Source: Ignavibacteriota bacterium
GTDB taxonomy: Bacteria; Bacteroidota; Ignavibacteria; UBA10030
Assembly: GCA_963727825.1 (NCBI GenBank)
Contig: CAVSHO010000010.1
Location: 128,001 to 192,000, forward strand
DNA length: 64,000 nt
Direction: 5' to 3'
Shown here one piece after another: positions 1 to 11,290 of the stretch; positions within the stretch are counted from its first letter, which is position 1, and each line of letters begins with the position of its first letter. A model generated the notes under the pieces. That model saw nothing but the letters and a program-made list of their open reading frames with translations, was not told the DNA's origin and searched no databases. The translations under genes and the position numbers were made by a program.

Positions 1-2006
1 TTGTCGCCGGTGAGGCATTATGCCAAAACACTCAACCGCAGACAAAAGCGATTGATCCGGCGAATTTGGATCTTTCTATAAAGCCATGCGATGACTTTTT
101 CCATTATGCTAATGGTACGTGGATGAAAAATAATCCAATCCCCGCAGCCTACGATCAATGGGGAAGCTTTAATATTCTTGCCGATCACAATAGCGATGTG
201 CTTCATGAAATTCTCGAAGACGCAGCTAAGGATAAATCTGCTCCCACAGGAAGCAATAAACAAAAGATTGGCGACTTTTATGCCACAGGTATGGACTCTG
301 CCTCGATTGAAGCACTGGGAATGAAACCTATCGCAGGAGAACTGGACCGCATTGGAGCGATCAAAAATATGACGGATGTGCAGGGAGAAATCGATCGTCT
401 TCATTCTGTGAATCTGAATCCTCTTTTCGGCTTTGGCTCTGAACAAGATCCGAAGAATAGTAATGAAGTCATCGGCGAGATTCACCAGGGAGGTCTCGGG
501 CTGCCTGAACGTGATTACTATTTTTCAGAAGAATCTCGCTCCAAACGAATTCGTGAAGAATATGTAAAGCATATGACGGCGATGTTTAAATTGATAGGTG
601 ATGATACAACAAAGGCGGCTGCTTCCGCACAATCAGTGATGGCTTTTGAAACACAGCTCGCAAAGGAATCGCGTAAACTTGTTGATCTACGCGATCCTGA
701 TAAGAATTATAATAAAATGACACAGGAACAGCTTGCAGCGCTCGCTCCTGCTTTCGATTGGAAACGATATTTTACCGATTTGGGATGGTCAAATCCAGGA
801 AACGTTGATGTCGGTCAGCCAGAGTTTTTTAAAGAAGTGAATACCATGCTGGGAACCATTCCTATTGAGACATGGAAAAATTATCTCCGCTGGAGAGTGG
901 TGAGCAACTCTGCAAACGCTTTAAGTTCCGCATTTGTAGCAGAAAATTTCCATTTCCGCGGAACGATAATGACCGGTACAAAAGAAATGCAGCCGCGGTG
1001 GAAACGTATCCGGGGTGTAATTGATGGTCTCTTAGGAGAAGCTGTTGGTGAAGTATATGTTGCAAAAGCATTTCCTCCGGAAGCAAAGGCTCGTGCATTA
1101 GAATTGGTCAATAATATTAAACTCGCGCTGCGTGAGCATATTAATAATATTACGTGGATGGATAATACAACAAAACAGGCAGCACTTAAAAAGCTTGATG
1201 CGATTATGGTGAAGATTGGATATCCCGACAAATGGCGGGATTATAGCAAACTCAGTATCGATCGAAAATCCTATCTGGAAAATGTACGGCAGGCAGCACA
1301 TTTTGCCATACAGCGTGAAATTAATAAGATTGGCAAACCGGTGGACAGAACCGAATGGGAAATGTCACCACAGATTGTAAATGCATATTATGATCCATCA
1401 ATGAATGAAATCGTATTTCCAGCAGGAATTCTTCAACCTCCGTTCTTCGATTTCAAGGCAGATGATGCCGTGAACTACGGCGGCATTGGCGTTGTTATCG
1501 GCCACGAAATTTCTCATGGCTTCGACGACCAAGGAAGCAAATTTGACGCAGAAGGAAATTTGAAGATGTGGTGGACACCTGAGACACGCAAGAAATTCGA
1601 TGAACGAACGGGAATTCTCGCTCACCAGTTCGATAGCTTTATCCCAATTGATTCACTTCACGTTAACGGAACAGCTACACTCGGCGAAAACATCGGCGAC
1701 CTGGGCGGACTTGCCATTTCCTATACAGCTCTGGAGAATACACTCAAAGGAAAGAATGTTGAACCCATTGATGGCTTTACACCGGAACAAAGATTCTTCC
1801 TTTCGTTTGCACAATTGTGGCGGCAGAATGTGCGCCCGGAACGGCTTCGGATGCTCGTAAAAGTCGACGTTCACTCACCAGGTGAGTTCCGGGTCAATGG
1901 TCCGCTGCCAAATCTTCAAGCATTCTATGATGCATTTGGATGCGGTCAAGATGGAAAAATGTATTTAGCTCCAGAAAAACGCGCGTTGATCTGGAATCTA
2001 AAGTAG
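1..2006 (+). CDS. M13 family zinc metallopeptidase (PepO/neprilysin-like), 5'-truncated by window edge
   Basis: PCDDFFHYANG N-terminal motif, VNAYY, HEISH (HExxH) and GENIGD motifs. The frame is open upstream of the ORF-track start at 66 back to the window start. Confidence 0.93.
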   Translation, partial: VAGEALCQNTQPQTKAIDPANLDLSIKPCDDFFHYANGTWMKNNPIPAAYDQWGSFNILADHNSDVLHEILEDAAKDKSAPTGSNKQKIGDFYATGMDSASIEALGMKPIAGELDRIGAIKNMTDVQGEIDRLHSVNLNPLFGFGSEQDPKNSNEVIGEIHQGGLGLPERDYYFSEESRSKRIREEYVKHMTAMFKLIGDDTTKAAASAQSVMAFETQLAKESRKLVDLRDPDKNYNKMTQEQLAALAPAFDWKRYFTDLGWSNPGNVDVGQPEFFKEVNTMLGTIPIETWKNYLRWRVVSNSANALSSAFVAENFHFRGTIMTGTKEMQPRWKRIRGVIDGLLGEAVGEVYVAKAFPPEAKARALELVNNIKLALREHINNITWMDNTTKQAALKKLDAIMVKIGYPDKWRDYSKLSIDRKSYLENVRQAAHFAIQREINKIGKPVDRTEWEMSPQIVNAYYDPSMNEIVFPAGILQPPFFDFKADDAVNYGGIGVVIGHEISHGFDDQGSKFDAEGNLKMWWTPETRKKFDERTGILAHQFDSFIPIDSLHVNGTATLGENIGDLGGLAISYTALENTLKGKNVEPIDGFTPEQRFFLSFAQLWRQNVRPERLRMLVKVDVHSPGEFRVNGPLPNLQAFYDAFGCGQDGKMYLAPEKRALIWNLK

Positions 2007-2025
2007 AAAATATTTTGAGATATTG

Positions 2026-2061
2026 ATCCCGTCTTTTGTCCCTCAAGAGACGGGATTTTTT
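2026..2061 (+). terminator. Intrinsic terminator after M13 peptidase
   Basis: ATCCCGTCT...AGACGGGAT stem followed by a T-run. Confidence 0.75.
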
Positions 2062-2089
2062 CTATAGCAGCAAATTCCTATGGTAAGAG

Positions 2090-2163
2090 TGACCCCGGCG
2101 TGACTCGAACACGCGACCCACAGCTTAGAAGGCTGTTGCTCTATCCACCTGAGCTACGGGGCC
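2090..2163 (-). tRNA. tRNA-Arg(TCT), CCA not encoded
   Basis: Minus strand reads GGCCCCG TAGCTCAGGTGGATAGAGC A ACAGC-CTTCTAA-GCTGT GGGTC GCGTG-TTCGAGT-CACGC CGGGGTC A, a complete cloverleaf with anticodon TCT. Confidence 0.96.
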
Positions 2164-2274
2164 AAATATATTTTCCAATGAACGCTTAGTCCCGCTCGCG
2201 CAGTGCGCGGCGGGATTCTCATTCTGACACTGAACTTACCTGCACTTCGTTTAGTAAATTCAGTCAGAATGGAA

Positions 2275-2312
2275 AAGGCTGTTGCTCTATCCACCTGAGC
2301 TACGGGGCCAAA
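2275..2312 (-). repeat. 38-bp exact duplicate of the 5' half of tRNA-Arg (copy of 2129-2166)
   Basis: AAGGCTGTTGCTCTATCCACCTGAGCTACGGGGCCAAA occurs at 2129-2166 and 2275-2312. Confidence 0.95.
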
Positions 2313-2458
2313 ATATCTGATAATGAGCACCAGTTTTAGACAAATGCATATTACGAAAAATTCAATTTTGATTCAATGTCCGTCGTCCATGCATAATAAG
2401 AAAGGCTCAGATATTTCCGAGCCTTCTCAATACTACGAGAACCAATGAAACAATGCTA

Positions 2459-2854
2459 TTAAGGTTTTATATCCTTTTCAACAAATGAAATATAATCATC
2501 AGTCGTTCTTGCCAAACGCTCGGCAAGATTAACGAGAATTTTTTTTGTCACATCGGGATACTCTGCAATTAGCTGGTCCAGAGGCATATCAAAATGAACT
2601 GCTTTTGTCGGTTCAAGCGCGATCAGCGAAACAGTGCACGGCGTATTAAGGATAAAACTCAATTCTCCAAATACTATTCCCCGCTCATTAAATTCTGCAA
2701 CCTGCCGGTCGTGTTTATAAACACCGATTCTCCCTTCCAATAATATATACCATCCATTCGGCTTTTCTCCCTCGGTCGTAATCTGCTCTAGCTCGGCAAA
2801 TGTTCGAATGTTACTGGAGTATTCCGACATATTTTTTTCTATAGAATTATCCAT
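2459..2854 (-). CDS. Stand-alone cyclic nucleotide-binding domain protein
   Basis: EGEKPNGWYILLEGRI, VFGELSFI and terminal NLAERL helix are typical of cNMP-binding domains; no HTH. Confidence 0.8.
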   Translation of the reverse strand: MDNSIEKNMSEYSSNIRTFAELEQITTEGEKPNGWYILLEGRIGVYKHDRQVAEFNERGIVFGELSFILNTPCTVSLIALEPTKAVHFDMPLDQLIAEYPDVTKKILVNLAERLARTTDDYISFVEKDIKP

Positions 2855-2947
2855 TGTGCCTTTCTCCTTGTAGAACCAATGCTATATGTAATGTTAGCGA
2901 TTCCATTGGAATAATCCACGTATTTCACAAGCTCAATTTATTTTTGT

Positions 2948-4012
2948 TCACAAAGATATAGCTTGAATTGATTTAATCACATCTTCAACTTGAATTTCCT
3001 TCATACATCGGAAATGACTTTCCGGACATTCTTCACGGCCGATATGAGAGCAAGGCCTGCAATATAATCCATCCCGTTCCACTACTGCATTTTCTGTCCC
3101 TACCGGGAAAAAACCGAATTCGCGCACAGTTGAGCCAAAGATCGCAACCACTTTTTTCTTCATTGCAGCGGCAATATGCATCAGACCTGAGTCGTTGGTC
3201 ACGATAATTGTGCATGCGTCCATCGCAATCGCGCTTTCAAGAAGCGATAATTCGCCGCTGAGATTGATTGCACTTACTTCTTTACTTAATGAATTTATTG
3301 TTTTAGCGATAAAAGAACATTTTTCTTTATCTTGTTGTCCACCGAATAGAAGTATCTTTGCGTCATAATCCTTTGATAGTTTTGCGCCTAATTCTGCAAA
3401 ACGTCCCAGCGGCCAGCACTTGGTTGCATGCTTTGCTGATGGACAGAATCCGATCATCATGCCAGACTTTTGAACACTTAATTTTTTCATTTTGGCTGAA
3501 GCTTGCGCACGGATCTCATCTGAAATGTGCAACTCAAGGCCTTTGCCATCATTCTCAATCCTATACTTTTGTAAAGGCTCTATGTATCTGTCGGCAACGG
3601 ATATTACACCTCGGTAGAAATTCTTTTTCAATCGAATAAGCATCGTTCTTGAAAATATCCGCTTATTTATAACGACAACATCATTGGCTCCTAGCATCCA
3701 TCGAAGATAGCGGCTCCGTAAACTATTATGGATATCAATAACAAGATTATAGTGTTCTGCGCGAAGTTGATTTTTGAGCTTACGCAGTCCGGCAAGCCCA
3801 GTCTTCGCATCAAACTCATATATGCTGTTGAGATTTTTGTTATTGCAAATAAGTTCAGTGTATTCTTTCCGTACTATAAAATCTATTTTGGAAGATGGAA
3901 AACTTGCATGAAGCACGCGCATCAACGGCGTTGCCAATACGATGTCGCCTATTGAGCTAAATCGAATGATAAGTATTTTTTTAGGGGCGATCATATTGTG
4001 CTGAAAGTACAA
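2948..4012 (-). CDS. waaF: Lipopolysaccharide heptosyltransferase II (GT9)
   Basis: KILIIRFSSIGDIVL, TNDSGLMHIAAA and CRPCS...C...HFRCM motifs. True start may be the Met at 3994. Confidence 0.85.
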   Translation of the reverse strand: MYFQHNMIAPKKILIIRFSSIGDIVLATPLMRVLHASFPSSKIDFIVRKEYTELICNNKNLNSIYEFDAKTGLAGLRKLKNQLRAEHYNLVIDIHNSLRSRYLRWMLGANDVVVINKRIFSRTMLIRLKKNFYRGVISVADRYIEPLQKYRIENDGKGLELHISDEIRAQASAKMKKLSVQKSGMMIGFCPSAKHATKCWPLGRFAELGAKLSKDYDAKILLFGGQQDKEKCSFIAKTINSLSKEVSAINLSGELSLLESAIAMDACTIIVTNDSGLMHIAAAMKKKVVAIFGSTVREFGFFPVGTENAVVERDGLYCRPCSHIGREECPESHFRCMKEIQVEDVIKSIQAISL

Positions 4013-4212
4013 TGTTTTTAATGGAGGTGCAAACTTTCGTCTTCTGAATAAATCCTCTTATTAAAATTGGATGTTTTTTCCAATCGGCCCATTTAACTGC
4101 AATGTGGTTATCTAAGATTCTTGAATCTCGCCAATTTTTTCCGCATTTTGATTTAGTGAGCAGTTCTTCCTTGATATTAGGAAAAGACTTTTTTATTTGA
4201 TGGAACCCTAAG

Positions 4213-4977
4213 ATGATACTTATTTATCCAGCAATCGAAATCAGCCACAAATGTAGTGTCGAAATCGTTCACGGCATTTCAGGATCGGAACATATATACT
4301 CTGTAGACCCAGTTCAGTTGGCTGTGATGTTGCGAGGCGAAAATGCCAAGACATTACATGTTGTCGATGTGGATGGAGTTGCTGAAGGACGAATTGTGAA
4401 CGAAGATGTTATCAGAAGAATGGTCAAAGCTGTTGATATTCCAATTGAAATGGGTGGCGGCTTGAGGTCTTACGATGAGATAAAAAAAGTATTAAACCTC
4501 GGTGTATATCGTGTAACAATTGCTACGGCAGCCGTGGAGCAGCCCGGTTTAATTGAGCGGCTTTTGAAAGAATTTGGTACACGAAAAATTGACATCGCAA
4601 TAATTTCGGAAGGCGGAAAAGTCACAATCAAAGGTGGTGCAACACCAACTGAGATCTCGCCATTAGAACTTGCATTAAAAATGGTGCGCATTGGTGTTTC
4701 CCGAATTTTATATGGTGAACGCGAGAATGGCGATCTCGATAGATCATTGCCATACGATACGCTTAAGGAACTTGCGATTAAAACCGGAGTTCGAATTACG
4801 GCCCGCGGTGGTGTTTCCGACTATAGAGATTTAATGCGAATTCAGGAACTGGAAAAATACGGCGTCGATTCTGTCGTTATTGGGAAACCATTGTACGAGA
4901 ATCGTTTTCCATGTCAGGCACTTTGGCGCTTAAACGAATTAGCACTCACCGATCTTGGACCAACGCGAAGAATATAA
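4213..4977 (+). CDS. HisA-family (ProFAR isomerase-like) TIM-barrel protein, divergent
   Basis: IYPAIEI, LHVVDVDG, GGGLRS, ARGGV and GKPLYENRFPCQ motifs; canonical catalytic Asp residues appear altered. Confidence 0.75.
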   Translation: MILIYPAIEISHKCSVEIVHGISGSEHIYSVDPVQLAVMLRGENAKTLHVVDVDGVAEGRIVNEDVIRRMVKAVDIPIEMGGGLRSYDEIKKVLNLGVYRVTIATAAVEQPGLIERLLKEFGTRKIDIAIISEGGKVTIKGGATPTEISPLELALKMVRIGVSRILYGERENGDLDRSLPYDTLKELAIKTGVRITARGGVSDYRDLMRIQELEKYGVDSVVIGKPLYENRFPCQALWRLNELALTDLGPTRRI

Positions 4978-5959
4978 ATGACTATCACTATCATCGGACA
5001 TATCTGTAAAGACATCATCCATCTGCCCGGCGAAAAAGACGTTCCAGGAGGAATCATTCGGTGGAATAATGTTCACGCTACTAGCTCTTGCCAACTTGAT
5101 GAGTGAGAGGGATTGCGTCCAGCCAGTTTTTGGAGTTGGGCAGGCTGATTACGATATGTTGATAGAACAATTGAAACCGTATAAAAATATTGATGTGAGC
5201 GGCATTTTCAAATTTAAGGGTCCAACAAATCAGGTACACCTCTTTTATCAGAATGATGCTCAGACACGAATTGAATGTTCACAAAATATTTCTGCCCCGA
5301 TTCCGTTCAATCGTATCAAGCCATACTTAGACGGTAACGGTGTGCTAATTAATATGATTTCAGGAGCGGACATTACGCTTGAAACACTTGGATATATTCG
5401 GATGGAAGTTCGTGAGCGAGGTATTCCGATCCATTTTGATTTCCATTCGCTCACGCTTGGCACGGATCAGGAGTCTAAGCGCTTCCGCCGCCCTATCACC
5501 GACTGGCGGCGATGGTGCTTTATGTTGAATTCGATTCAGATGAGTGAAGAAGAAGCACTCGGATTATCAGCAGAACGATACGATGAGAAAACACTGACCA
5601 ACCATTTAATGACATTAATGGTCGAGACACTGCTCATTACACGAAGCGAGCGCGGAGTAACTGCGGTTGTGCAGGATATTCATAAGAAGCTGACACAGAA
5701 GGATATTGCCGGTGTTTCGCTCGGCAACGCGATAAATACAATTGGATGTGGAGATGTATTCGGCGCAGCATTTTTATACCAATATCTTAAGTCCAAAGAC
5801 AGCTTTGTTGCTGCAGAGTTTGCCAATAAAGTTGCAGCACTGAATGCAACATTTAAAAACATTAAGGAGCTTGAAGGATTGCGTTCGAATTTGGAACAAA
5901 TGGGAATTACTATTTCTAAACCAGTAACGAATGGAAAAAGCCCCAACGGCTCTCAGTAG
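4978..5959 (+). CDS. PfkB/ribokinase-family carbohydrate kinase (one frameshift near 5045)
   Basis: ATG at 4978 gives [14 protein letters not shown] (PfkB N-terminus). A shift near 5045 joins it to [10 protein letters not shown] and the ORF-track frame, which carries [13 protein letters not shown]. Confidence 0.8.
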
Positions 5960-5976
5960 CCGAGGAGATTAGTAAT

Positions 5977-6825
5977 ATGATTCTAAAAGAACGAATCGAA
6001 TTATACTACCTGCAAGAAATCGACAAAATAGATAGGCATGAAGCGATTCAAACTTTCAATGAGTTCAAATTCTTTTTAAACAACGGAGAAATCCGCGCTG
6101 CATCTCCTTCTATGAAAGAAGAAAATAAATCCGGATGGATTGTCAATGATTGGGTGAAAAAAGGAATTCTGCTCAGCTTCCGGCTTGGCGAACTTGCGGA
6201 TAATTCTATTAACGAGCATTTCAGATATTTTGATAAGAACACATATCCGCTTAAGAAATTTACGCTCGATAATCAAGTTCGAATTGTGCCAGGAGGCTCA
6301 GCTATTCGCGATGGATCGTACATAGCGCCGGGTGTTGTAATAATGCCGCCAGCGTACATCAATGTTGGCGCATATGTTGACAGTAAAACGATGATCGATT
6401 CTCATGTGCTTGTCGGTTCATGCGCACAAATTGGAAAGCGCGTTCACTTAAGCGCTGCCGCACAAATAGGTGGTGTGCTGGAACCGGTCGGCGAGTTGCC
6501 AGTTATCATTGAAGATGATGTGTTCGTCGGCGGAAATACAGGCATTTATGAAGGTACTATTGTCAAACATCGAGCAATTATTGCAGCAGGTGTGATTCTC
6601 ACCGGCTCCACTCCCGTTTATGATTTGGTAAACGAAAAGATTTATCGCCGGACGAAAGAATTACCTCTCATCATTCCTGAAAATGCAGTAGTCGTTCCCG
6701 GCAGCCGAGCTATTGACGCACCCTTTGCAAAAGAAAATCGCATCGCGCTTTATACACCAATCATTATTAAGTACCGCGACGGAAAATCAGACGCGGCAAC
6801 AGTATTAGAAGAAAGTCTTAGATGA
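5977..6825 (+). CDS. dapD: Tetrahydrodipicolinate N-succinyltransferase
   Basis: [36 protein letters not shown] and GGVLEP motifs. Confidence 0.95.
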   Translation: MILKERIELYYLQEIDKIDRHEAIQTFNEFKFFLNNGEIRAASPSMKEENKSGWIVNDWVKKGILLSFRLGELADNSINEHFRYFDKNTYPLKKFTLDNQVRIVPGGSAIRDGSYIAPGVVIMPPAYINVGAYVDSKTMIDSHVLVGSCAQIGKRVHLSAAAQIGGVLEPVGELPVIIEDDVFVGGNTGIYEGTIVKHRAIIAAGVILTGSTPVYDLVNEKIYRRTKELPLIIPENAVVVPGSRAIDAPFAKENRIALYTPIIIKYRDGKSDAATVLEESLR

Positions 6826-7733
6826 AACGTATTCTTATCTGCGGCGCGAATGGATTGCTCGGCCAGCGGCTTTCACTAATGCTTAGCACGCAAAACGATT
6901 ACGAGGTTTTAAATACATCAGTTGAACGTTCATTTGTGTATGACAACAGATTATTTGATTATAACCAATTGGATATAACTAATCGTAGCGATGTAAAAAG
7001 TCTTATATCAAGTTTTCAGCCAAATGTGATTTTGAATGCAGCAGCAGCAACCAATGTCGATTGGTGCGAATCGAACCGCGAGGAGGCATGGAAAGTCAAC
7101 GTAACTGCCGTTGAAAATTTAGCAGAGGCATCGCGTAAAGTTGGTGCTCAACTTATTCACGTTTCTACCGATTATGTTTTCGACGGTAAAAACGGTCCGT
7201 ACGATGAAACAGCGAAGCCTAATCCCCTGGGATATTATGGTAAAACGAAACTCGCTAGCGAAAATACTATCCGAAGTGCAACGATTCAACATACAATTGT
7301 ACGAGCAATGGTTGTGTACGGCAGTGGAATCGACGTGAAAGCAAACTTCGCTCTTTGGATTATCAAGAATTTAAAAGTTGGCAAGCAAATTACTGTTGTC
7401 GATGATCAGTTTGGCAATCCGACGTATGTTGGCGATCTTGCAATGGCAATGATTAAAGCATTTGAGCTGAATCGCGAAGGTATTTTTCATGTCGGCGGTG
7501 GAGATCAATTAAGTCGTTACGATTTTGCTTTACAGGCAGCTGAAGTGTTCAACCTCGATGCGTCATTGATCAAGCGGATCAAGACAAGTGATTTAAAGCA
7601 AGCTTCTCCGCGCCCAATGATATCCGGTTTTATAACATTGAAAGCCGAAACTCAACTTGGTATGCGTTTTCTCAGCGTAAAAGAAGGATTGACACTGCTA
7701 AAACATGAACTTCAAAGCAATGGCAGAAATTAA
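6822..7733 (+). CDS. rfbD: dTDP-4-dehydrorhamnose reductase
   Basis: [30 protein letters not shown] and RP motifs. Confidence 0.9.
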   Translation: MKRILICGANGLLGQRLSLMLSTQNDYEVLNTSVERSFVYDNRLFDYNQLDITNRSDVKSLISSFQPNVILNAAAATNVDWCESNREEAWKVNVTAVENLAEASRKVGAQLIHVSTDYVFDGKNGPYDETAKPNPLGYYGKTKLASENTIRSATIQHTIVRAMVVYGSGIDVKANFALWIIKNLKVGKQITVVDDQFGNPTYVGDLAMAMIKAFELNREGIFHVGGGDQLSRYDFALQAAEVFNLDASLIKRIKTSDLKQASPRPMISGFITLKAETQLGMRFLSVKEGLTLLKHELQSNGRN

Positions 7734-7754
7734 ATAATAAAGGTAATAACCCTT

Positions 7755-9020
7755 ATGCTAGACTTGAAATTTATTCGTGAAAACCGCGACCTCGTTCAAA
7801 ACGGCGCCGAAGCAAAAGGCATTATTATTAATCTTGACGCAATCTTTATCCTTGACGACAAACGCCGCGCACTTATACAAGAAGGCGATGCACTCAAAGC
7901 AAAACGCAATCTGGTTTCTGCACAAGTTGGTAAAATAAAGAAACAGGGCGGAGATGCAAGCTCAGTTATTGCAGAAATGGAATCGGTAAAAAATAGAATT
8001 CAAGAAATAGATCCTGAGATACGTTATATAGAAACGAATCTAAATTCTCTTCTTCTTACTGTACCAAACATCCCGCATCCATCAGTGCCGATTGGGCAAA
8101 CTCCAGCGGACAACAAGGAGATTTTTCGATGGGGCGAGATGATCGAAACCGATTTCCCGCTAAAGCCGCATTGGGAATTGGCAGAAAAGCTAAGCATCAT
8201 CGATTTCGATCGTGGCGCAAAAGTGTCCGGCGCAGGATTTCCATTCTATGTTGGTAAGGGCGCAACGCTGGAACGCGCACTTATCAATTTCTTCCTCGAT
8301 CAAGCGACCGAACGCGGATACAAAGAACTTATGCCGCCCATCGTCGTGAATGAAGACAGCACTCGAGGCACTGGACAAATCCCAGATAAAGAAGATTTGA
8401 TGTACATTGTCGAACGAGACAAGCTCTATATGATTCCGACAGCAGAGGTCCCTGTAACAAACTTCCATCGAGAAGAACAATTAAACGAAAAAGATTTACC
8501 GATTTGTTATGCCGCTTATACCCCGTGCTTCCGACGTGAAGCAGGTTCATACGGAAAAGATGTACGGGGCCTCAATCGTCTTCATCAATTTGATAAAGTA
8601 GAGTTAGTAAAGTTTGTTCATCCATCAAAATCGTACGATGAGTTGGAATCGCTGCGGCAAGATGCAGAATACCTCCTCCAACTTCTCGGCCTTCCCTATC
8701 ATACACTTTTAATGTGCACAGGTGATATGGGATTTACTCAAGCAAAAAAGTACGATCTTGAAGTTTGGGCACCGGGTCAGAAGAAATGGTTAGAAGTGTC
8801 ATCTTGCAGCAATTTTGAATCATTCCAGGCACGGCGTATGAACATAAAATTCCGACCCGGGAACGGCGGGAAGCCAGAAATTGTTCACACATTGAACGGA
8901 TCTGGTCTGGCGCTTCCACGAGTCGTTGCGGCCCTTATTGAACATTATCAAACACCGGAAGGGAAAGTTATCATTCCGAAGGCGCTTCACCCCTACACAA
9001 AGTTTGAAGTGATTGGATGA
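7755..9020 (+). CDS. serS: Serine--tRNA ligase
   Basis: MLDLKFIREN, IPTAEVPVTN, FRREAGSYGKDVRGLNRLHQFDKVE and HTLNGSGLALPR. Confidence 0.98.
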   Translation: MLDLKFIRENRDLVQNGAEAKGIIINLDAIFILDDKRRALIQEGDALKAKRNLVSAQVGKIKKQGGDASSVIAEMESVKNRIQEIDPEIRYIETNLNSLLLTVPNIPHPSVPIGQTPADNKEIFRWGEMIETDFPLKPHWELAEKLSIIDFDRGAKVSGAGFPFYVGKGATLERALINFFLDQATERGYKELMPPIVVNEDSTRGTGQIPDKEDLMYIVERDKLYMIPTAEVPVTNFHREEQLNEKDLPICYAAYTPCFRREAGSYGKDVRGLNRLHQFDKVELVKFVHPSKSYDELESLRQDAEYLLQLLGLPYHTLLMCTGDMGFTQAKKYDLEVWAPGQKKWLEVSSCSNFESFQARRMNIKFRPGNGGKPEIVHTLNGSGLALPRVVAALIEHYQTPEGKVIIPKALHPYTKFEVIG

Positions 9021-9110
9021 TAGACCATTTTCAATTGACGATTTCGATTTCGAATTTTGTGTTATCAATTATTTTTCATTTTTCACTTTTTTATTGACCT
9101 TTTAACTTGA

Positions 9111-10872
9111 ATGCGACCGCTACTTCGTCTTAAACCATATCTACTTCGCTACAAAAAGACTCTCCTTTTTGGATTGCTAACGGTCATAGGAAGCAACGTA
9201 TTTACCGTTGTTCAGCCGATGTTTCTCGGTAAAGCTGTTGATGAATTGAAGCGCGGTATTGAGCTACGCACATTAGTCTCCGGCGACTTGCTAATGTGGG
9301 CTGGCCTCATTGTCAGTTTCTCCCTCATCGCCGGTATATTTACATTCCTGACTCGTCAAACGATTATCGTTATTTCACGGCATATCGAATTCGATTTACG
9401 CAACGATCTTCTTTCACATCTTCAAAAATTATCCTATTCATATTTCCAAAACAAGCCAACCGGCGATTTAATGGCGCATGCCACCAACGATATTAGCGCT
9501 GTGCGGAACGTCGTCGGCCCCGGTATTATGTATCCATCCGATACATTCATGACACTGACATTTATCCTGATTATGATGTTTATGAACGATTGGCAGCTCA
9601 CGCTTCTTGTGCTCATTCCAATGCCGTTTACTTCATATGTCGTGTATCGGTTAGGCAAGCTCGTGAATAAAATATTCACAGATCGGCAGGAACAATTTTC
9701 ATTGCTCACTACACGCGCGCAGGAAACACTCTCTGGTGTTCGTATCGTAAAAGCATACGTACGCGAAGAATACGAAGAAGAACGATTCCATAAACTCAGT
9801 TGGGATTATTTAAAAAAGAACCTCGTTCTTGCAAAGGTGCAGTCTATTATGTGGCCGTTGATGTTCGTGCTTGTTAGTCTATCGCTCATTATCACTATCT
9901 ATTTTGGTGGATTAAAAGTGATTGATGGACGAATGACTATTGGAACGCTGACAGCATTTATGGCATATCTAAGCATGCTAATTTGGCCGATGATTGCTTT
10001 TGGCTGGGTAACAAATATTTTGCAGCAAGGCGCCGCTTCTATGGGTCGATTATCTACAATTTTTGACACAGAACCAGAAATAAAAGATACCGAGGCAACA
10101 AATCATTCTCATCGATCACGTTGAAGGTGATATAGAATTCCGTTCTGTTTCCTTCTCGCATAAGAATGCGGGGCAACCAACTTTAAAAAACATCAATCTC
10201 AAGATTGATTCTGGCATGACAGTCGCAATTGTTGGATATACAGGAACGGGAAAATCGACGTTGGTCAATCTTATTCCACGCCTCTATGATATCACAAACG
10301 GCGAATTGCTCATCGATGGGAATGATATCCGAAAAATTCCACTTGATGTGCTTCGTTCCAATATCGGATTTGTACCACAAGAAACATTTCTTTTCTCTGA
10401 GACGATAGCCGAAAATATTCGATATGGTGTGGATATTTTCACTGAAGAAGACTTAAAATCGGCAGCAAATATTTCTCAGATTGCCAAAGATGTTTTAGAA
10501 TTTCCAAAACAGTTCGAAACAACCATTGGTGAACGCGGCATCACACTTTCCGGCGGACAAAAACAACGTACAAGTATTGCTCGCGCCATCATGCGCCAAC
10601 CAAAAATATTAATTCTTGACGACGCGCTTTCTGCTGTTGATACTTACACTGAAGAGAGAATTCTTCAACGCCTTCGTGAATTTATGAGGGGTAGAACAAG
10701 TATCATTATCAGTCATCGCATTTCAACAGTGAAGGATGCCGATTTAATTGTCGTACTCCAAAACGGAGAAATTGTTGAGCGCGGCACACACGATGAATTG
10801 GTAGAATTAAATGGAATTTATTCGGAACTGCACAGGAAACAGTTACTAGAGCAAGAGCTGGAGACGATGTAG
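9111..10872 (+). CDS. ABC exporter subunit 1 (TMD+NBD, TM287/BmrC-like), split by a frameshift near 10110
   Basis: TMD in 9111-10124. Shifting one base near 10110 gives [15 protein letters not shown], continuing into an NBD with [14 protein letters not shown] and degenerate Walker B ILILDD. Confidence 0.88.
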
Positions 10873-10903
10873 ATATTCCGAATGCAAAATACTTCAATGA
10901 AAA

Positions 10904-11290
10904 ATGAAAAAAGGGTTAAATGACATGACCGGAAAACCGTATGATATTCAGCAACGGATTTTTTTATTCGGGTTAAGTATCATCAGATTTTCTGAACAAC
11001 TTCCCCATAGTCAAGTTGGGAAGATTTTATGCAACCAGTTGGTACGCTCAGGAACATCTATCGGTGCCAATATGGAAGAAGTGACAGCCGCCTCTAGTAA
11101 ACAAGATTTTATCTACAAAGCAACCATCTCTCTTCGTGAAGCAAGAGAAAGCAACTATTGGCTCCGGCTCATCAAAGAAAGTAGAATTGTCAGTTCACCA
11201 CAGTAAGATGAGCTAATCACAGAATCAATTGAATTGATGAAAATTCTCGGAGCTATAGTCAGCAAAGCACGCGGTAAAAGAAAGGTTTAG
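10904..11290 (+). pseudogene. Four-helix-bundle protein (23S rRNA IVP family) with an in-frame TAA at 11204-11206
   Basis: QLVRSGTSIGANMEE, FIYKATISLREARESNYWLRLI. The frame continues past the TAA with DELITESIELMKILGAIVSKARGKRKV to TAG at 11290. Confidence 0.85.

Noticed and set aside
2167-2274. Group I intron in the tRNA anticodon loop
   Set aside because: Far too short, no P/Q/R/S core or terminal G, and only 6 nt of a 3' exon follow.
2129-2312. 38-bp direct repeat as a CRISPR array
   Set aside because: There are only two copies, the repeat is tRNA sequence, the gap is 108 bp and there are no cas genes in the window.
10904-11290. Diversity-generating retroelement (Avd-like gene)
   Set aside because: No reverse transcriptase and no TR/VR pair were seen in the window.
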